Positions 40,850-56,835 of a DNA stretch of 64,000 bases are shown here, piece by piece. The stretch is from the human T2T-CHM13v2.0 reference genome, Homo sapiens. The stretch lies in assembly GCF_009914755.1 (NCBI RefSeq), contig NC_060931.1; one strand, given 5' to 3'. Position numbers and translations under genes: made by a program. Within the stretch, counting starts at the first letter, position 1. Each line of letters begins with the position of its first letter. The notes under the pieces were generated by a model. It had not been told where the DNA came from, did no database searches, and was given only the letters and a program-made list of their open reading frames with translations.

Positions 40850-41065
40850 GGGAAAGCCAAAACTTTAAGGTATATGAACTGTGAAATTAAATCGAAATAC
40901 TCAAATAAGGAATCACATAACAACATAAGCAAAGATGTTTACCAGAGCTTGAAGTTAAATACAGATTTTTTCATAAACCCAAACACAAAACACAATAAAG
41001 TTCTGTGGGATGTTAAATATAATTTACAGTGGGAAGGATGCTCCTCGCCGTCATAAACCCGCGTG
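40850..41065. promoter_or_regulatory. A-rich island, candidate enhancer
   Basis: TGTTTAC 40936-40942, TCATAAA twice (including GTCATAAA 41050-41057), CAATAAA 40993-40999; followed by a CpG cluster. Confidence 0.45.
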
Positions 41066-41796
41066 CACCGCGTCACTCCCCGGGCGCCGAGTTCCGCCGG
41101 CCTGGCACGGGCTCACGGGCACCCTTGGCCCCCGAGGGGCTGTGGGACCCCGGGACCGCGTGCTCGCTGAGGGACGGCCCTTGTCTGCGGTCATCCCTCC
41201 CCTCCTGAGTGGAAGGTGATGCCGTGGGCCCAGGGCTGGCTGCGTCTGCCAGGCATGCCCTGCATTCAGGCAGAACTCGAGGGAGGACTCATCTCCAAAC
41301 AGAAGAGCGGGCAGCAAGTGCCACTCAGGTGCTGTGGGTCCTTGGTCCCTCCCGGCCCCTCCGGAGCCCCTCCCACCTGCACAGCCAGGTGCCATGCAGG
41401 CCTGGACAGCTCCCCACTGGGGAACCCCAACCCGGACCAGGAGATGGGCCCCGGCACCCACTGTCCCCTTGTGGCCCCTCCTCCTGGTCACACCCCTGCC
41501 CAGGAGGGGAGCCTCACAGTCATTGACACTATAGTGAGAGTGAGCACCCTTCCCGTGCCCCTCCCGAGGACACCCCTCTTGGCTCTGGCTGTGGAATGTG
41601 GAGCTCCCTGGAAACCCACCGGATGGGAAGGGTTGGGGACGGGGAGGGGCTGCCCAGAGCCACATGGTGACTCTGATTAGAGTTGAGTCTCTGCCTTCCA
41701 GGGCTCTGGGGAGAACCGGTGATATCAGAGTTCTTGGTGGGGAAAATCTGCCCAGGGTAGTAGCTCCAGAGAGCAGAGTCACAGCTGCATTTCAGG

Positions 41797-42210
41797 GGTG
41801 GGTGTGGGTGCGTGGGTGAGTCTATGGGTGTGTGTGTGTGAGTGGATGTGGGTGCGTGGGTGGGTCTGTGGAGGGTGTGTGTGGGTGCATGGGTGGGTCT
41901 ATGGGTGTGTGTGTGTGTGTGTGTGCTTATGTGGGTGCATGGGTGGGTCTATGGAGGGTATGTGTGTGTGGGTGCATGGGTGGGTCTATGGGTGTATGTG
42001 TGAGTGTGTGTGTGTGGATGTGGGTGCGTGGGTGGGTCTATGGAGGGTATGTGTGTGTGGGTGCATGGGTGGGTCTATGGGTGTATGTGTGAGTGTGTGT
42101 GTGTGGATGTGGGTGTGTGGGTGGGTCTATGGAGGGTGTGTGTGGGTGCATGGGTGGGTCTATGGGTGTGTGTGTGTGGTGTGGGTGTGTGGGTGGGTCT
42201 ATGGGTGTAT

Positions 42211-42248
<38 letters not shown>

Positions 42249-42279
42249 ATGTGGGTGTGTGGGTGGGTCTATGGGGCCT

Positions 42280-42314
<35 letters not shown>

Positions 42315-42418
42315 GATGTGGGTGCGTGGGTGGGTCTATGGAGGGTGTGTGTGGGTGCATGGGTGGGTCTATGGGTGTGTGTGTGTGGTGTGGGTGTGTG
42401 GGTGGGTCTATGGGGCCT

Positions 42419-42460
<42 letters not shown>

Positions 42461-42560
42461 TGTGGGTGCAGGGGTGGGTCTATGGAGGGGGTGTGTGCGT
42501 GAGTGCATGGGTGGGTCTATGGGGCCCGTGTGCATAGGGGTGTGTAGGAGGTGGGGTATG
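41797..42560 (+). repeat. Compound minisatellite GTGGGTG(C/T)(A/G)TGGGTGGGTCTATGG + (TG)n of variable length
   Basis: GGGTGGGTCTATGG recurs about 17 times, separated by TG runs. Confidence 0.93.
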
Positions 42561-43784
42561 TCTGACACATAGACCAGGAACCTGTGTTTCTTTGTGTGTG
42601 TGTGTGAACGTGAGTATACCTGTGTCCCTCGGGGGTGCCAGGGGTTGGGGTGTCCCGGGCAGCTGAAGACTCTGCATCCCTGTGAGACGGTCCCTGCCCA
42701 GGCAGCACCCAGGGGTGCAGTGCACAGTCTGGAAAGGGGGGCCCCTTCCTCTGCCGCCCTGGACCTGGGCTGTGGCACCAACTAGGGCTACAGAAGATGG
42801 AATTTGACCTCTCCCCCTGGGCCACCCACCCAGCCCCAGCCTCTGGGGCCCCAGGCCTGGGCAGGGGCCTGTGCACATTCTTCAGGACCACAGAGGGGGA
42901 GCAGCTGCTGGCAGCATTTCCATCTTCTCTGTGGTCAGTTCAGGGTAAGGGAGCCTCCCGCCCCTGTGGTTCCGAGGCATGACTGAGCTGGTCTCAGCCC
43001 CCAGGTCCTTCCTTGGCTCTCTGCTGCCCCGGGCTGAGGCTGAGTGAGCAGGGGCATGGGGCCTGAGAAGGGACCCAGTCACAGCACGAGCCCAAGGCTG
43101 GGCAGTCCTCCCCGGTGCCGGCCCATCGGGGTGCGTTAGGTAGGCTCACGGGGACCAGCCCGGGTCACCAGGTGCCACCTGTGCACAAGGGTGCCGACAG
43201 CAGTGTCTCCTTTACCCTCCTGAAGGAGTGTGAGGTGGCACTCTCATCCCCACCCAACAGGAGGGGCTCCCTGGGATGACACCGTGGAAGAGGAGATGCC
43301 ACAGCCAGAGCTGGAAGCCCGGTCTGCCAGGCCCAGATCCGGGCCCCCTGCGCTGCAAGGCCACCTCAAAGCTCGAGCGGGTAGGCGCCCGTCCGTCCCT
43401 TGCCAAACCTGTGCTGTGGGCCAGGCCTGAGCTGGGAGCCGGGGACCCAGAGGACCAGATGTGCCCCACGCCCCTACCCGGGGGCTCCCATCCTGGGGCT
43501 GGGACAGAAGAGGCAGTCACAGCCGTGTGGCCAATCGATTTCTGTCCTCATCTGCGGGGCCTGGGAAGGAGCTGGCCCCCGAGATGGGCCACCTGGGTCC
43601 CGGGCCTCGGGGGTCCCTGGGACAGCCCGCGTCAGGGTCGACTGTGTCTGGCCCAGCAGGCGGTGTTTTGGCCCAAGGCCCTGCCTCCCGCTGTCTCTCC
43701 CATGGCCTCTCTGCTTGGCCAAAAGTCACCTGGTCACTCCCTGGCTCTTAAATTTGCAGGAGGCCGGTGGCATTTCTCCAGACT

Positions 43785-43960
43785 CCCGGCCTTCCTAATT
43801 TATGTGCTGCTGTGGCAGGGAGTATTTTCTCTAAAAACAGGATGGATGTGAGAAAAACAATAACGCCCCCAAACCACACTTAATGGGTGGGTCGCACTGG
43901 CTCGTTAGCGCTGAATAATCGGGCTTCAACCACACCGCTGGGGAACAAAAATAAACAAGG
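43785..43960. promoter_or_regulatory. AT-rich island, candidate enhancer
   Basis: TAATTTATG, AACAAT, AACCACA x2, CTTAATGG, TAATC, ATAAACA. Confidence 0.4.
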
Positions 43961-44569
43961 GCACTGGGAGAATCAGGATGGGGGGGCTTCCACGCTGGGG
44001 GGTGCGCTCGGCACCCAGGTGCGCGGGGTGCAGGGGACGCCGCTTGAGGACTCCCAGCAGCGTGGGACGTGAGCACCCCTGCAGCCGCCGTGCTGGGCAC
44101 CCACCTTGGGAAAAGGTCGCTGGGAGGTGGTGCTGGTGTGTGTGTGGGAGGGGGTGGTGGCAGGGGCAGGCCAATCTGCCCTCCCCAGGAGGAAACCCTT
44201 TGTGGTGAACCTAAAACCTGCTCGGTAACTTAAGCTTGCTTCCTCCTGCCCTGTCCTCAGGAAAGATGGGGAACAGCTGGTCGCCACCCTTTCTCTAATA
44301 AATCCCATCAGACTGCATGCTGGGGGAGGGGCCGAGGGGCGATGGGAAAGGGTGGGGGTCCCGCCAGCTCCCCTGTCTGGCTGGACAGAGCGGGACAGGC
44401 CCAGCCCCTGCCTCCGAGGCCCGGGAAGATACGCAGATCCCTATCGCACCCCGACTCCCGGTTATCAGAAAGGAAGATCCAAGCGGGGCTTAAGCCCCCG
44501 TCACCCCACTTCCGCTGCCTTTGTGCAGGGGGTGGGGGCGTGCGGCACTGAGGGAAGCAGGGGTCCACG

Positions 44570-45150
44570 GGGAACGGCGTCACTCCTTTCGTGCAGCCAA
44601 GTTCCAGGCGCATTGTGTACTGGTCCGAACTTGAGCTCACAATTTGGGATTAGAGCAAATCCGAGTATTTTTCTGCTTGCCTGCCCGCTCCCGGGCGCCC
44701 AGAGCCTGCTGGGTAACTGCCTATTATCCGCCGGTTCCACTCCAGTGCCCTCCCCAATAAAACTTTTCATATCCTTATAAACGAACTCGATTGCTGTGTT
44801 ATAAACATTTACACTGTGCTAACAGATCATCTCCGCACATCAGAATTGGCTAAATTCCCTTTTCCAGATGAATATATTGAAGGAGATTAGAGATATGATA
44901 GCTTTTCAGATTGCTGAACCCAGAGAAATTAGTTTAGTGAGCATTTACAGAGGCTAAATTGGAACCATTAAATAGTGGATTAAATTGATGGCACTTTCAT
45001 TGTCTGTCCTTCGGTACCGCTGTAAAATCAATTAGCCGTCACCAACCCATTCTCCATATAGTGAGATTGTCCTGCTCGCTGGAAGCTGATGCAAAACCTC
45101 CCAGCGGCGGCCAGAGATGGGATCACACCTATTAGGTGGGGTGGCCTGAA
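44570..45150. promoter_or_regulatory. Long AT-rich island, strong candidate enhancer
   Basis: GGGATTA 44646, CCAATAAAA 44754, ATAAACA, CCATTAA, GGATTAAATTGATGG, CATTGT, AAAATCAATTAG 45024. Confidence 0.6.
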
Positions 45151-45504
45151 ATAGCATCCGGGACCCAGGTTGCTGCGGAAAGGTTCCCCCCCACCTCCTC
45201 GGCCCGGCTGGCACTGCCTGCCTCCGTGGGGACAGCTCTAAACCAGGGGCTGTGGGGACAGGCAAGAGGGAGCCTGGCCTGGCAGGGTTGGGACCTTGTT
45301 CTCTGCTCCTTGGGCAGCCCAGTAAGTCAGACTGAAGGTGGCCTTGGCTTGGAGGGCAGGGGCAGTCACAGGGGACTGTGCTGAGGATGATGTGGGGGGC
45401 CTGCCTGCACATCTCCAGACTCGTGGGTACACAGGATTTTTGGCATTGCAGCCTCAGGCTGGGGGCGGTCCCTGAGTCTTGGGCACAGGCTCCTGCAGTG
45501 CTGG

Positions 45505-45640
45505 AAGGCAGATACTATTCCTGTCCCCGGCTTACAAAGGGGGAAACTGAGGCTCAGGAGGTTACAAAGCTGCCCCAAGATCTGCAGTGCATCGGAAGCA
45601 CAAGTCCAGCCTCCTGGTTCTCCCAGCCCGGGTTAGGGGC
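45505..45640 (+). mobile_element. MIR
   Basis: ttacaaagggggaaactgaggctcaggaggtta...ctgccccaagatc. Similar MIR cores occur near 16030, 23850, 35770, 37750, 38530, 48000, 55780, 56920, 61470 and 62180. Confidence 0.7.
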
Positions 45641-46857
45641 CGCTGTCCTGAACTGAGACCCTGGGCCATGTGGATTTCTCAAAGGTGAGCGCCATACGGA
45701 AGTGCTCGGAGAATGAATGACTTGGGAAATGACAGGCGACGGGCGTGGCACGCTGGTGCCCTGGCCGCCTTGGGAGTAAATGACACCGTCACAGGGGTGC
45801 AGCGCCCTGGGGAACCAAGCCTGCAGGTCCCCAAGGAGACCCGGCCCTTCCTTGCCCCAACCCTGGGAAGGGGAATGAGAGCTGCACCCCAGGGGGAGAG
45901 GGGGGCTGTGGGGGCCGGGACAGCAGGGGCTCCGCCCTCCCAGCAGCTGTCGAGCACGTGGGGTCCCAGGGGGCCAGGGGGCTGTGAAGGAGGCTTCTCC
46001 ATGAAGAACCCTTTCCACAAACGTTCCGACAGCGCCCTCCAGCTTGCCAAAGCCTCTCCACGGCGTGACCTCTCCTGTCCCTCCCACCAACCTGGAAAAA
46101 TCGTTAGCTCCTTCCACAGGCGAGGCAGCAGGAAAGGCTGGGAGCTGCCAAGGTCGGGCAGCGGCTGGGACGTCTCAGCTGCCCCCTCCTGCCCAGGCCT
46201 GCGTCCCCCTCCGTGGCCTGGCCTCCAGCTGAGCTGGGGGTGCCCTGGTCGTCGGAACCCTGCCCCAGCTGCACAGGGCTCCGTCGAGCTGGGGAGTCAG
46301 TTCTCCCCCAGCAGATCCAGGGTCAGGGCCCAGGGAGTCTACAGAGGTCCGGAGAGGAGGGCTGGGACCGGTAGCCAAGAATCCTGGCCACGTCTGGGTA
46401 TCTAGGCCCGAGGGTGTGCATGCCAGTGTCTTCCCAGAGTCCGTGCATGTTGGCATGGGCCTGCCTGTGTGCTGTGATGCGGGGGTGCACAGTGTCCAAG
46501 GCCTGGAACCCCAAGGGTGGGCCCCCTGCCCTTCCTCCCATCAGGTGGGCTGCGTGGGCCTGACGTACAGGTGCTTGGGGAGGGGTGTGCATGCTGAGGC
46601 TGTGTCACATGTACCAGTGCCTCCTCTGCAGCCCCCAGAAGCTGTTTCTGCTCAGACACCTTTGGTGCCCAGGTCAGGGTGGGGCATCTGGGGCCTCAGC
46701 AGGTCATGCCCGCTGGGGATGGATAGAGGCTGGGTGATCTTTAAAATTTTCAAAGACCAGTGTGTGGGAAGGATGTTGACTTGAACCCGGTGAAATCAGG
46801 CTGGGCCAGGCCTCCCAAGAGCCCTTAAGCCTCCTCCCCTGGTGGCTCAGAAACCTA

Positions 46858-47661
<804 letters not shown>

Positions 47662-49290
47662 TTAACGCCCCCTCCTGAAAAAAAACACAGGGCCTGTTTC
47701 ATCTGAGCCCGGCAGCTGGGCGGGGGCCTCAGAGGCACAGAGGCAGTGATGGTGGGGGTGGGGGCGCCATCCAGGTCAGCTGGGGCGGTGCACAGAGACG
47801 GAGCCCGGTCGGAAATCCGGGTCAGAGGCCACCATGCTGGGCAGGAGCTCAGCGCCCAGGGGAGCGCTGGAGGGCAGAGACCAGCTAGGATGGGCCGGGG
47901 CGTCCGCCATGGACCCCACGTGGCATTTGCTGAGCTCTTCCACTGCCTCCTCTGCCCTGCGGCTCCCTAGAGGCCCAGGAAAGGCCTCATTGACTCAATT
48001 TACAGATGAGCAAACTGAGGCCCAGGGAGGTGAAGACTTGCCCGGGGCCTTGGGTAACAGAGGGTGCCCCTCTGGTGTTCAAAGCCCAGGTGTCCCACTC
48101 ATGCCTGGTCGGAGCTGCAGACCATCTGGCCATTTTCTCCTATTTCGCATGGGTGAGCTTTGGCCCAGAGAGGGGCAGAGATCTGCCCGAGGTCACACAG
48201 GAAGCTGGTGGCAGCAGGGCCAAGGCATAGCCCGGCCCCCTGCCCCGAACCTGGGCCTCTCCGCTGGGGGCCCCTGAGTCTGTCTCCCCCAAGCCCTTCC
48301 TGCGTGGTCAGGCACAGATCACTGGGCCAGGTGGATAAGGTTTCTGGACAACTGGGGGATGGGTACGGTGGGCTCGGGTGCAGGGGCGTGGAGGTAGGGG
48401 AGCACATGGGGGCAGGTGAGAAGGCAGGCTGCGGGAAGTTCTCACGCACGGGGTGACCTGGCCTGCCCTGGCTGTGCACCCACGGCCACTGACAACCGCT
48501 ATTTAGGGTGAGCTGGGCAGTCTGTGCACGTGTGGCCCAGAGGCAAAAGCTCAGTCCCCACCCGGGGAGGGCACAGGGGCCCTGGTCCTCAGGACAGCCC
48601 TGCCTCCAGCTCCCGTCTGCTGGTGGGAGGAGGCTCTGTCTCTGGGAAGCCCCAGAGTCTCTAGTTGGGGATTGATTCTCTCCCCTGGGGATCGAGTGCT
48701 CAGCAGGACCGTGCAGTGTCTGGAGCAGCCTTGTGAGGAGGGAAGACCCCAGGTAGGGACCTGTAAGCTGAGGCTGTGGGCTCTGCCACCGGCTCACTGG
48801 GTAAGCACCTTTGACCCCGTGGGCCTCGGTTTCTCCTTCTGGATGATGGGCTGATGATCCCACCCATCCACCCCCACACACGGAGGGCTGCTGGGAGGAG
48901 ACGGAGGACAGGCCAGGTCCCAGGCGGGCAGAAGATGAGAATACAGGGTCTGTTGTCATTGTTAACGCTTGTTACAGATGGAGTCTGTCCCAGCCCCAGG
49001 GAATGCCGGTGGCCCTAGGGGAGGGGCCTGGGGACCCGGGAGCCTTTCATCGCCTGGGCCGGCTCCAAGCAGTGCTCGTCTGGGGATGATGAATGACTGT
49101 CAGCCTGGGTCTGAAGCCTGGGAGAAACCACGTGGAGGCCCAGAGACGTGGGATCGAGAGGAGAGAGCCGCACCCTGGAAGGGCCCCGGCCCGTCTGCCC
49201 ATCCCTCTGTCCAGGCCGTTATCCTCTGTCCCTAAAAAGAGAATGTGGCAGGAGGGGCTGGGGAATCGCCGCAGGGGCGCTAAGGATATT

Positions 49291-49606
49291 TCCTTCTTTT
49301 TTTCTTTTTCTTTTCTTTTTTTTTTTGAGACAGGGTCTTACTCTGTTGCCCAGGCTGGAGTGCAGTGACACCGTCATAACGCACTGCAGCCTCAAACACT
49401 GGGCTCAAGTGATCCTCCCTCCTCAGCCTCCCAAGTAGCTAGGAAAACAAGCACGCACCACCATGCCCGGCCAATTTTTAAATTTTTTGTAGAGATGAGG
49501 TCTTACTATGTTACCTAGGCTCATCTCCAATCCCTGGGCTCAAGCAATCCTCCTGCCTTGGCCTCCCAAAGTGCTGGGATTACAGGTGTGAACTGCTGTG
49601 GCCGGC
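49291..49606 (-). mobile_element. AluJ
   Basis: Full dimer. Confidence 0.9.
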
Positions 49607-50219
49607 TCTAAAAACGTTTTCTAAAAGGCTTGGGCTGGTGGGAGGGAATCCCTGCTGGGCCCGGCTTACTCCATGGTCATGTCCAGCAGATAGCCACCAA
49701 AGTCTTAGCCCATTGTGGGATGCTGGGCCCAGGGGTGCCCTGAGGCTTCCAACAGCCCCTGAAGATAGGCTGTGTCCTGGGAGGAGCAGAGCCCACTGAG
49801 GTGAAGAAGGAGGTCTCCTCTTCTGCCCTCCCCATCCTCCATAAAGATGGTGTTTATGGTTGTTTGGAAAAACTGGACTGTGGCTGGGCCCCAGACCAAG
49901 GCCGGAGTGGCCTAGCTACCCAAGGGGACAGGAGCCTGGCCTCTTAGGAACTTGTTCTGGCATGTCCTGGCAGGAGCTGTGTGATGCTGGGTGGATTGGC
50001 ACTCTCAGAGCCTGGGTTTCCATCCGTTGGGGGTCACTCAAATCGGGGGTGTAGAGCGCCCAGCACGGCGCCTCCCACAGTGCAGGGCTGCCAGCTCCCG
50101 AGTTGGCTGCTCTTGGTCCTGGAGCCCCATCATCACTGACCGCGTTTCCATGGGTAGAGCAGCGTGGCTTCCTGCATGCCAGAAGGGAGAGGCTGGCACC
50201 AAGATGTTGTTGAAAACGT

Positions 50220-50838
<619 letters not shown>

Positions 50839-50886
50839 TCAAAATATGAAGAGAATTGCGGAAGTGATTCAAAGTTCCTCCCCTAG

Positions 50887-51830
<944 letters not shown>

Positions 51831-52224
51831 CGACAAAGAGAAAAAAACTTGGAGAAATGCAACAGACATCAGGGTAACAAAGCTGTCAATTAACCTCACC
51901 TGCAACTGACAGGCCAGACAGCCCAGCACCCCTGCTCCAAAGCCCCGAGGAGACACAGCATCCTTCTGTTACGTTCCCTGGCAGAAATGCACTGATCATG
52001 GGGAAACACCACACGTCCAAACCAAGGGGTGTTTTCCAAAGTAACTGGCCAGTGTCCCTTAGCAAATGTCAACATGTGAACCATCCTTCATTGGTACCCA
52101 GAATGAAGGAGGCCAAGGAGGCAGCTGCCTGCGGCGTGGGGTCCTGGGACTCAGATGTTGGCAAGACAACTGATGAGATTAAAATAAGACCTGAGACCCA
52201 TGTGCATGGTTTGTACCATGGTTT

Positions 52225-52380
52225 GCTAGAGCAGCTCATAATGTCTTCTGAGAGTTGATTGTTAAATGTTCAGGAATTTTGCAAGCCAGTTGTTAAACCG
52301 TTGGTAGCTTAAAATTGGCCTTGGTGGGAGTATTTACACCATGGAAATCGGCAAATGCTATCGAGCAGACCTGGCTTGCA
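52225..52380. mobile_element. MER63-type hAT relic
   Basis: gattgttaaatgttcaggaattttgcaagccagttgttaaac...gggagtatttacaccatggaaatcggcaaa. Confidence 0.55.
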
Positions 52381-52785
52381 TACAATCGGCTACGTAGATG
52401 TAAAATCTAGGAGAGGTTGGGGGCAGGTGCACCACTGGCTATGTACACGTTGACTCTAGGAGAAGTTGGGTGCCGGTGTACTGGAGTACTCGGTATTAGT
52501 TTGCAAATTGGAAATTATTTCAAACTAAAAAGTAAAATTTATCTTTAAATTATAAAATAAAAGACTGAGCTCATCAGCCTCCTGGGTAGGATCCCTGCCA
52601 AACCAGCTCCCTGTCTTCATCCCCTTTGAAGGCATCAGGCACCAGCCAAGGCAGACGAAGACAGGCCTGGTGTCTCTGCCTCCTTCTTTAAAGACACTCT
52701 TTCCCCAGCCCCTGGGATACCACCCTCTCCTGATTTTTCTTCTCTTCCTCAGTACCTTTCAGTCTTTTTGTACAGGTTTCAATTT

Positions 52786-53632
52786 CATTCCATCCACCCA
52801 CCATCCATCCATCTACCCAATCTCATCCATCCATCCAGCCACCCGTCCATCTATATCCACCCATCCATCCACCCGTCTGTATCCACCCATCTACCCACCC
52901 ATCCACTCATCCATCCATTCATCCATCCATCCACCCAGCCACCCATCCATCTGTATCTACCCATCTACCCACCCATCTGCTCGTCCATCAATTCATCCAT
53001 CCATCCATCCATCCATCCAGTCTCATCCATCCAGCCAGCCACCCGTCCATCTGTATCCACCCATCCATCCACCCATCCACTCATCCATCCATCCATTCAT
53101 CCATCCATCCACCCAGCCACCCATCCATCTGTATCCACCCATCTGCCCATCTACCCACCCATCCGCTCATCCATCAATTCATCCATCCATCCATCCATCC
53201 ACCCACCCACACACACATTCATCCATCCACTCACCCATCCACCTGCCCGCCCATTCATCCACCCATCCACCCACCCATCCACTCATCCATTCATCCACTC
53301 ACTCATCCATCCATCCACTCACCTATTTATCCATCCATCCATCCATCCATCCATCCACCCACCCACCCACCCACACATTCATCCATCCACTCACACATTC
53401 ATCCATCCACTCACTCATCCATCCACCCACTCACCTATTTATCCATCCATCCACCCACCCACCCACACATTCATCCATCCACTCACTCATCCATCCACCC
53501 ACTCACCTATTTATCCATCCACCCACCCACCCACCCACACATTCATCCATCCACTCACTCATCCATCCACCCACTCACCTATTTATCCATCCATCCACCC
53601 ACCCATCCATCTATTTACTCACCACACATTCA
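52786..53632 (+). repeat. ~850-bp (CCAT/CCAC)n low-complexity tract with ~60-bp higher-order repeats
   Basis: cactcacctatttatccatcc occurs four times. Confidence 0.95.
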
Positions 53633-54330
53633 TTGAGCAATTTAAATGCAGGGCATCGTGCTGGTTCATTGTTCAGTAATGAACCAAACAGGCAAAACCC
53701 CCTGACCTCATGAAGCTCATGTACCAGTGGGGGAGAAAAACAAGCAAACAAGAGAAGAGATCTATGAATTATATATGAAGGAAGGGAATACATATGGGAG
53801 GAGGGCATTTACTCAGGTGGCCAGGGAAGGCTCTTCGGAGAGGTGTCATTTAAGCTGAGACCCGAAGGATGAGGTGGGGATAGTTATGTGGGGTTTGGGG
53901 AAGGGCATCACAGGCAGAGGCCATGGCACAGAGGAAGGCCAGTATGGCAGAGGGGCGGGGGGTGGATGAGGTGGGGGTGAGCAGAGCCAGATCTCTAGGG
54001 CCTGGGAGGCCTGTTGAGATGTGTGACTCATCTTCTACGTTTAACAGGAAGATGCTGGTGGGATTCAGTCATGGGAGGACATGGATTCAATATGCCCACC
54101 ATGACTACTTTGAAGAGAAGGGGCCCAAGGGACAGAGCAGAGACAGGGAGACCAGTGAGGAGGGTGTGGGGTATGTCCAGGTGCCCCGGAGAGGTGGGCA
54201 GCACAGGCTGGCTGATGGAGGAAGACAGATAGAGCCACCAGGCCTTGCCAATGAATGGATGTACCGAGAGAGGGAGAGAGAGGGGGGTACAAAACCCACT
54301 CCCAGGTCCCCAGCCTGAGCAGCCAGGTTG
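53625..54330 (-). mobile_element. L2 3' region
   Basis: cattcattgagca...tgaaccaaacaggcaaaacccctgacctcatgaagct...ggaggtgtcatttaagctgagacc. Confidence 0.7.
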
Positions 54331-54699
54331 ATGACCAGTTCATGGAGAGGCTGGGACACCAAACCTACATCCTGCTGCAAGGGGGATGAGCTTATGTGCA
54401 GGACAGAAACTGGGAATTGCACTCTGCAGCTCACCTGCTGTGGCCCCATCCCGGCCCTTGATGTCCCCTCTCCTGGCTCACCCCCCAGGAGCCATGAACG
54501 TCTCCTGCCCCCGCCCTGGCTCCACCATGAACTCCGAGCCTGCAACAGTGTGTCCACCATCTTATCCAGGGACGTGGCAAGGGTCAAAACCAGTCGATGG
54601 TGTTCGATGGGGGCCCGATGTGTGGGTTGGACCCTGATATCGGAGGCGCCATGCCTACTGCTTAGCGAACCAGCCCTTAAAACCAGGACTCTCCCATGT

Positions 54700-55360
54700 G
54701 GGGCGATGCAGTGAGACAAGAGGCAACCACGTTGCTGGGGGTGCCGAAGCCAGGCCAGCCCTTATGGAGAGTGACTCGGCAACATGCACTCTGCGCCATG
54801 GAAATGCTCAGCACCTCTGACCCAGTGACGCCGCCTCTGGGATGCTCTTCCGGGGGAAATTATCCACAATATGGGGAGAGATTTAAGCCAAAGATATTCA
54901 TGGCAACATTATCTTTGATGACCAAAAAAAAATTGGAAGCAGCTGAAATGTCCAACAATCGGGGAGTTGTTTAGTAGATTACGACATACACACTCGATGG
55001 AATACTAGGCAGTCATTAAAAGTGCTAATTGCGAAGACTGGGTGGTTATGTACAAACACGCCTACAGCATGATGCCGAGGGAAGCCGTGTATGGAATTAG
55101 GGGCACATTAAGGGTGTAATGATGTAAAAAACATATGCAGCCCGAGAACGCGTGGATGAAGAGGATGGCATGAGAGAGTGTGGCACTGAGGCAGCGACGT
55201 GGAGCTCATTATCTTTTTCTGTTTTCTGTGAAGTATTACACCACTTTGGTAATCTGAAATATGAATCGCCCAGTAGGATCATGGGTGGTAGGATCATGGG
55301 TGAGTCTTGTTTTTCCTTTGTACTTTCTTGGATTTTCTAAATGTTTTCCTATAAAGAGGG
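54700..55360 (+). mobile_element. Ancient L1ME-like fragment
   Basis: tgacccagt...aagatattcatggcaacatta...ttggaagcagctgaaatgtccaacaat...atggaatactaggcagtcattaaa. Confidence 0.65.
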
Positions 55361-56074
55361 TCACCTTGGACCTGCTATCTCAGAGGAGATAAGATGGGGT
55401 TTAGAGTAGGGGGGCCTCTTGGGGGTCACCACCTCGGGAGGAGGATGTTGCTGGGGGACATCATTCTCACCGTAGGGAGGAGGAACAGATGTACCCACAG
55501 GGCAGGAGGGTGGGGCCAGTCCGTCAGCAGAAATCCTGAGCTCCCCAGGGAAGGGGAGGTACCTTAGGAGGGAGGGGCTCCCCGCCCTTGGGAAGAGTCT
55601 CGGGCTGTCACAGAGGGGTCTTTTCCAAAGGATAATGGGTGGTTAGACAGCTGTCAGGTGCACTCTTGGAGAACAACGTGATCAATTGCAGGCTATTTGT
55701 TCTATCCCTGCCCAGTGCCCAGGTTTTACCTGCGTCGCCTCACTTAAGCCTCAGAGTGGTCCTGTGAAAATCAACCTTGTTTTTTTAGGAGGAAATGGAG
55801 ACCTCAAGCAACTTGCTCAGAGTCATGCAGCTGGTCACTGAGTGGGCACCATGGGAGTAGGTCTCCTAGGATTGTGCAGTCCACAACTTAGATCACTGTC
55901 CAGGGCCTGCGTCGGGATTCAAATCCAGGTCTACTTGAGTTCAGAGACTGGGGTTTCCATTGCAGCCTCAGGCCCTGCACCAGAACCTTGGGGCCCACAG
56001 AATGAGATGCTTTCCTAGTCACTAGGGAGCTGAGAAACCAAGGAAAGGGAGGAAGGGACAGGAATGACAAGCAT

Positions 56075-56835
56075 GAAGATGATGAAGATGATGATGCTGG
56101 AGACAAAGAAGGTGATGACAGAGGTAATGATAGAGTGGATGAGGAGAGCTGCAGCTGAAGATGATGGTGGTAATGGTGGTGATGATGAAGGTGAGGGAGA
56201 TGATAATGGTGATAGTGGTAATGGTGATAATTATGATGGTGATGGAGGTGATGGTGTTGGTGGTGACAGTGATAATGATGATAATGATGTGGTGGAGGTG
56301 ATGATGATGATGGTGATGATGGTGATGGTGGTGATGAAAGTGATGTTGATGATAATGGTGATGGTGATGAAGATGATATGATGATGTGTTGGTGATGCTG
56401 GTGATGATATTAATGGTGATGATGGTGACGGTGATGATAACGGTGATGATAACGGTGATGGTGGTGATGGTGATGATAAAGATGATAACAGTGATGGTGG
56501 TGATGGAGATGGTGATAATGATGGTGATGGTAAAGATAATGATAATGGTGATGGTGATGAAGGTGATGGTGAAGACGATAATGGTGATGGTGATGAAGGT
56601 ACTGGTGATGGTGATGATGATGAAGGTTATACGGTGATGGTGTTGGTGCTGCTGGTGATGATGGTGTTGATGGTGATGGTGTTGATGAAGGTGATAATAG
56701 TGATGCTGATGGAGGTGATGATGGCGATGGTGATGATGAAGGTGATAATAGTGATGGCGATGGAGGTGATGATGGCGATGGTGGTGATCATGATGTGATG
56801 ACAGTGATGATGGTGACAATCATGGTGACAGTGAC
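56075..56835 (+). repeat. (GAT/GGT)n degenerate trinucleotide repeat
   Basis: ~760 bp of GAT, GGT and AAT triplets. Confidence 0.95.

Noticed and set aside
52670-53713. 347-aa H/P/S-rich ORF
   Set aside because: Translation of (CCAT)n
56022-56819. Poly-His and Met/Val-rich ORFs
   Set aside because: Translations of the (GAT/GGT)n repeat
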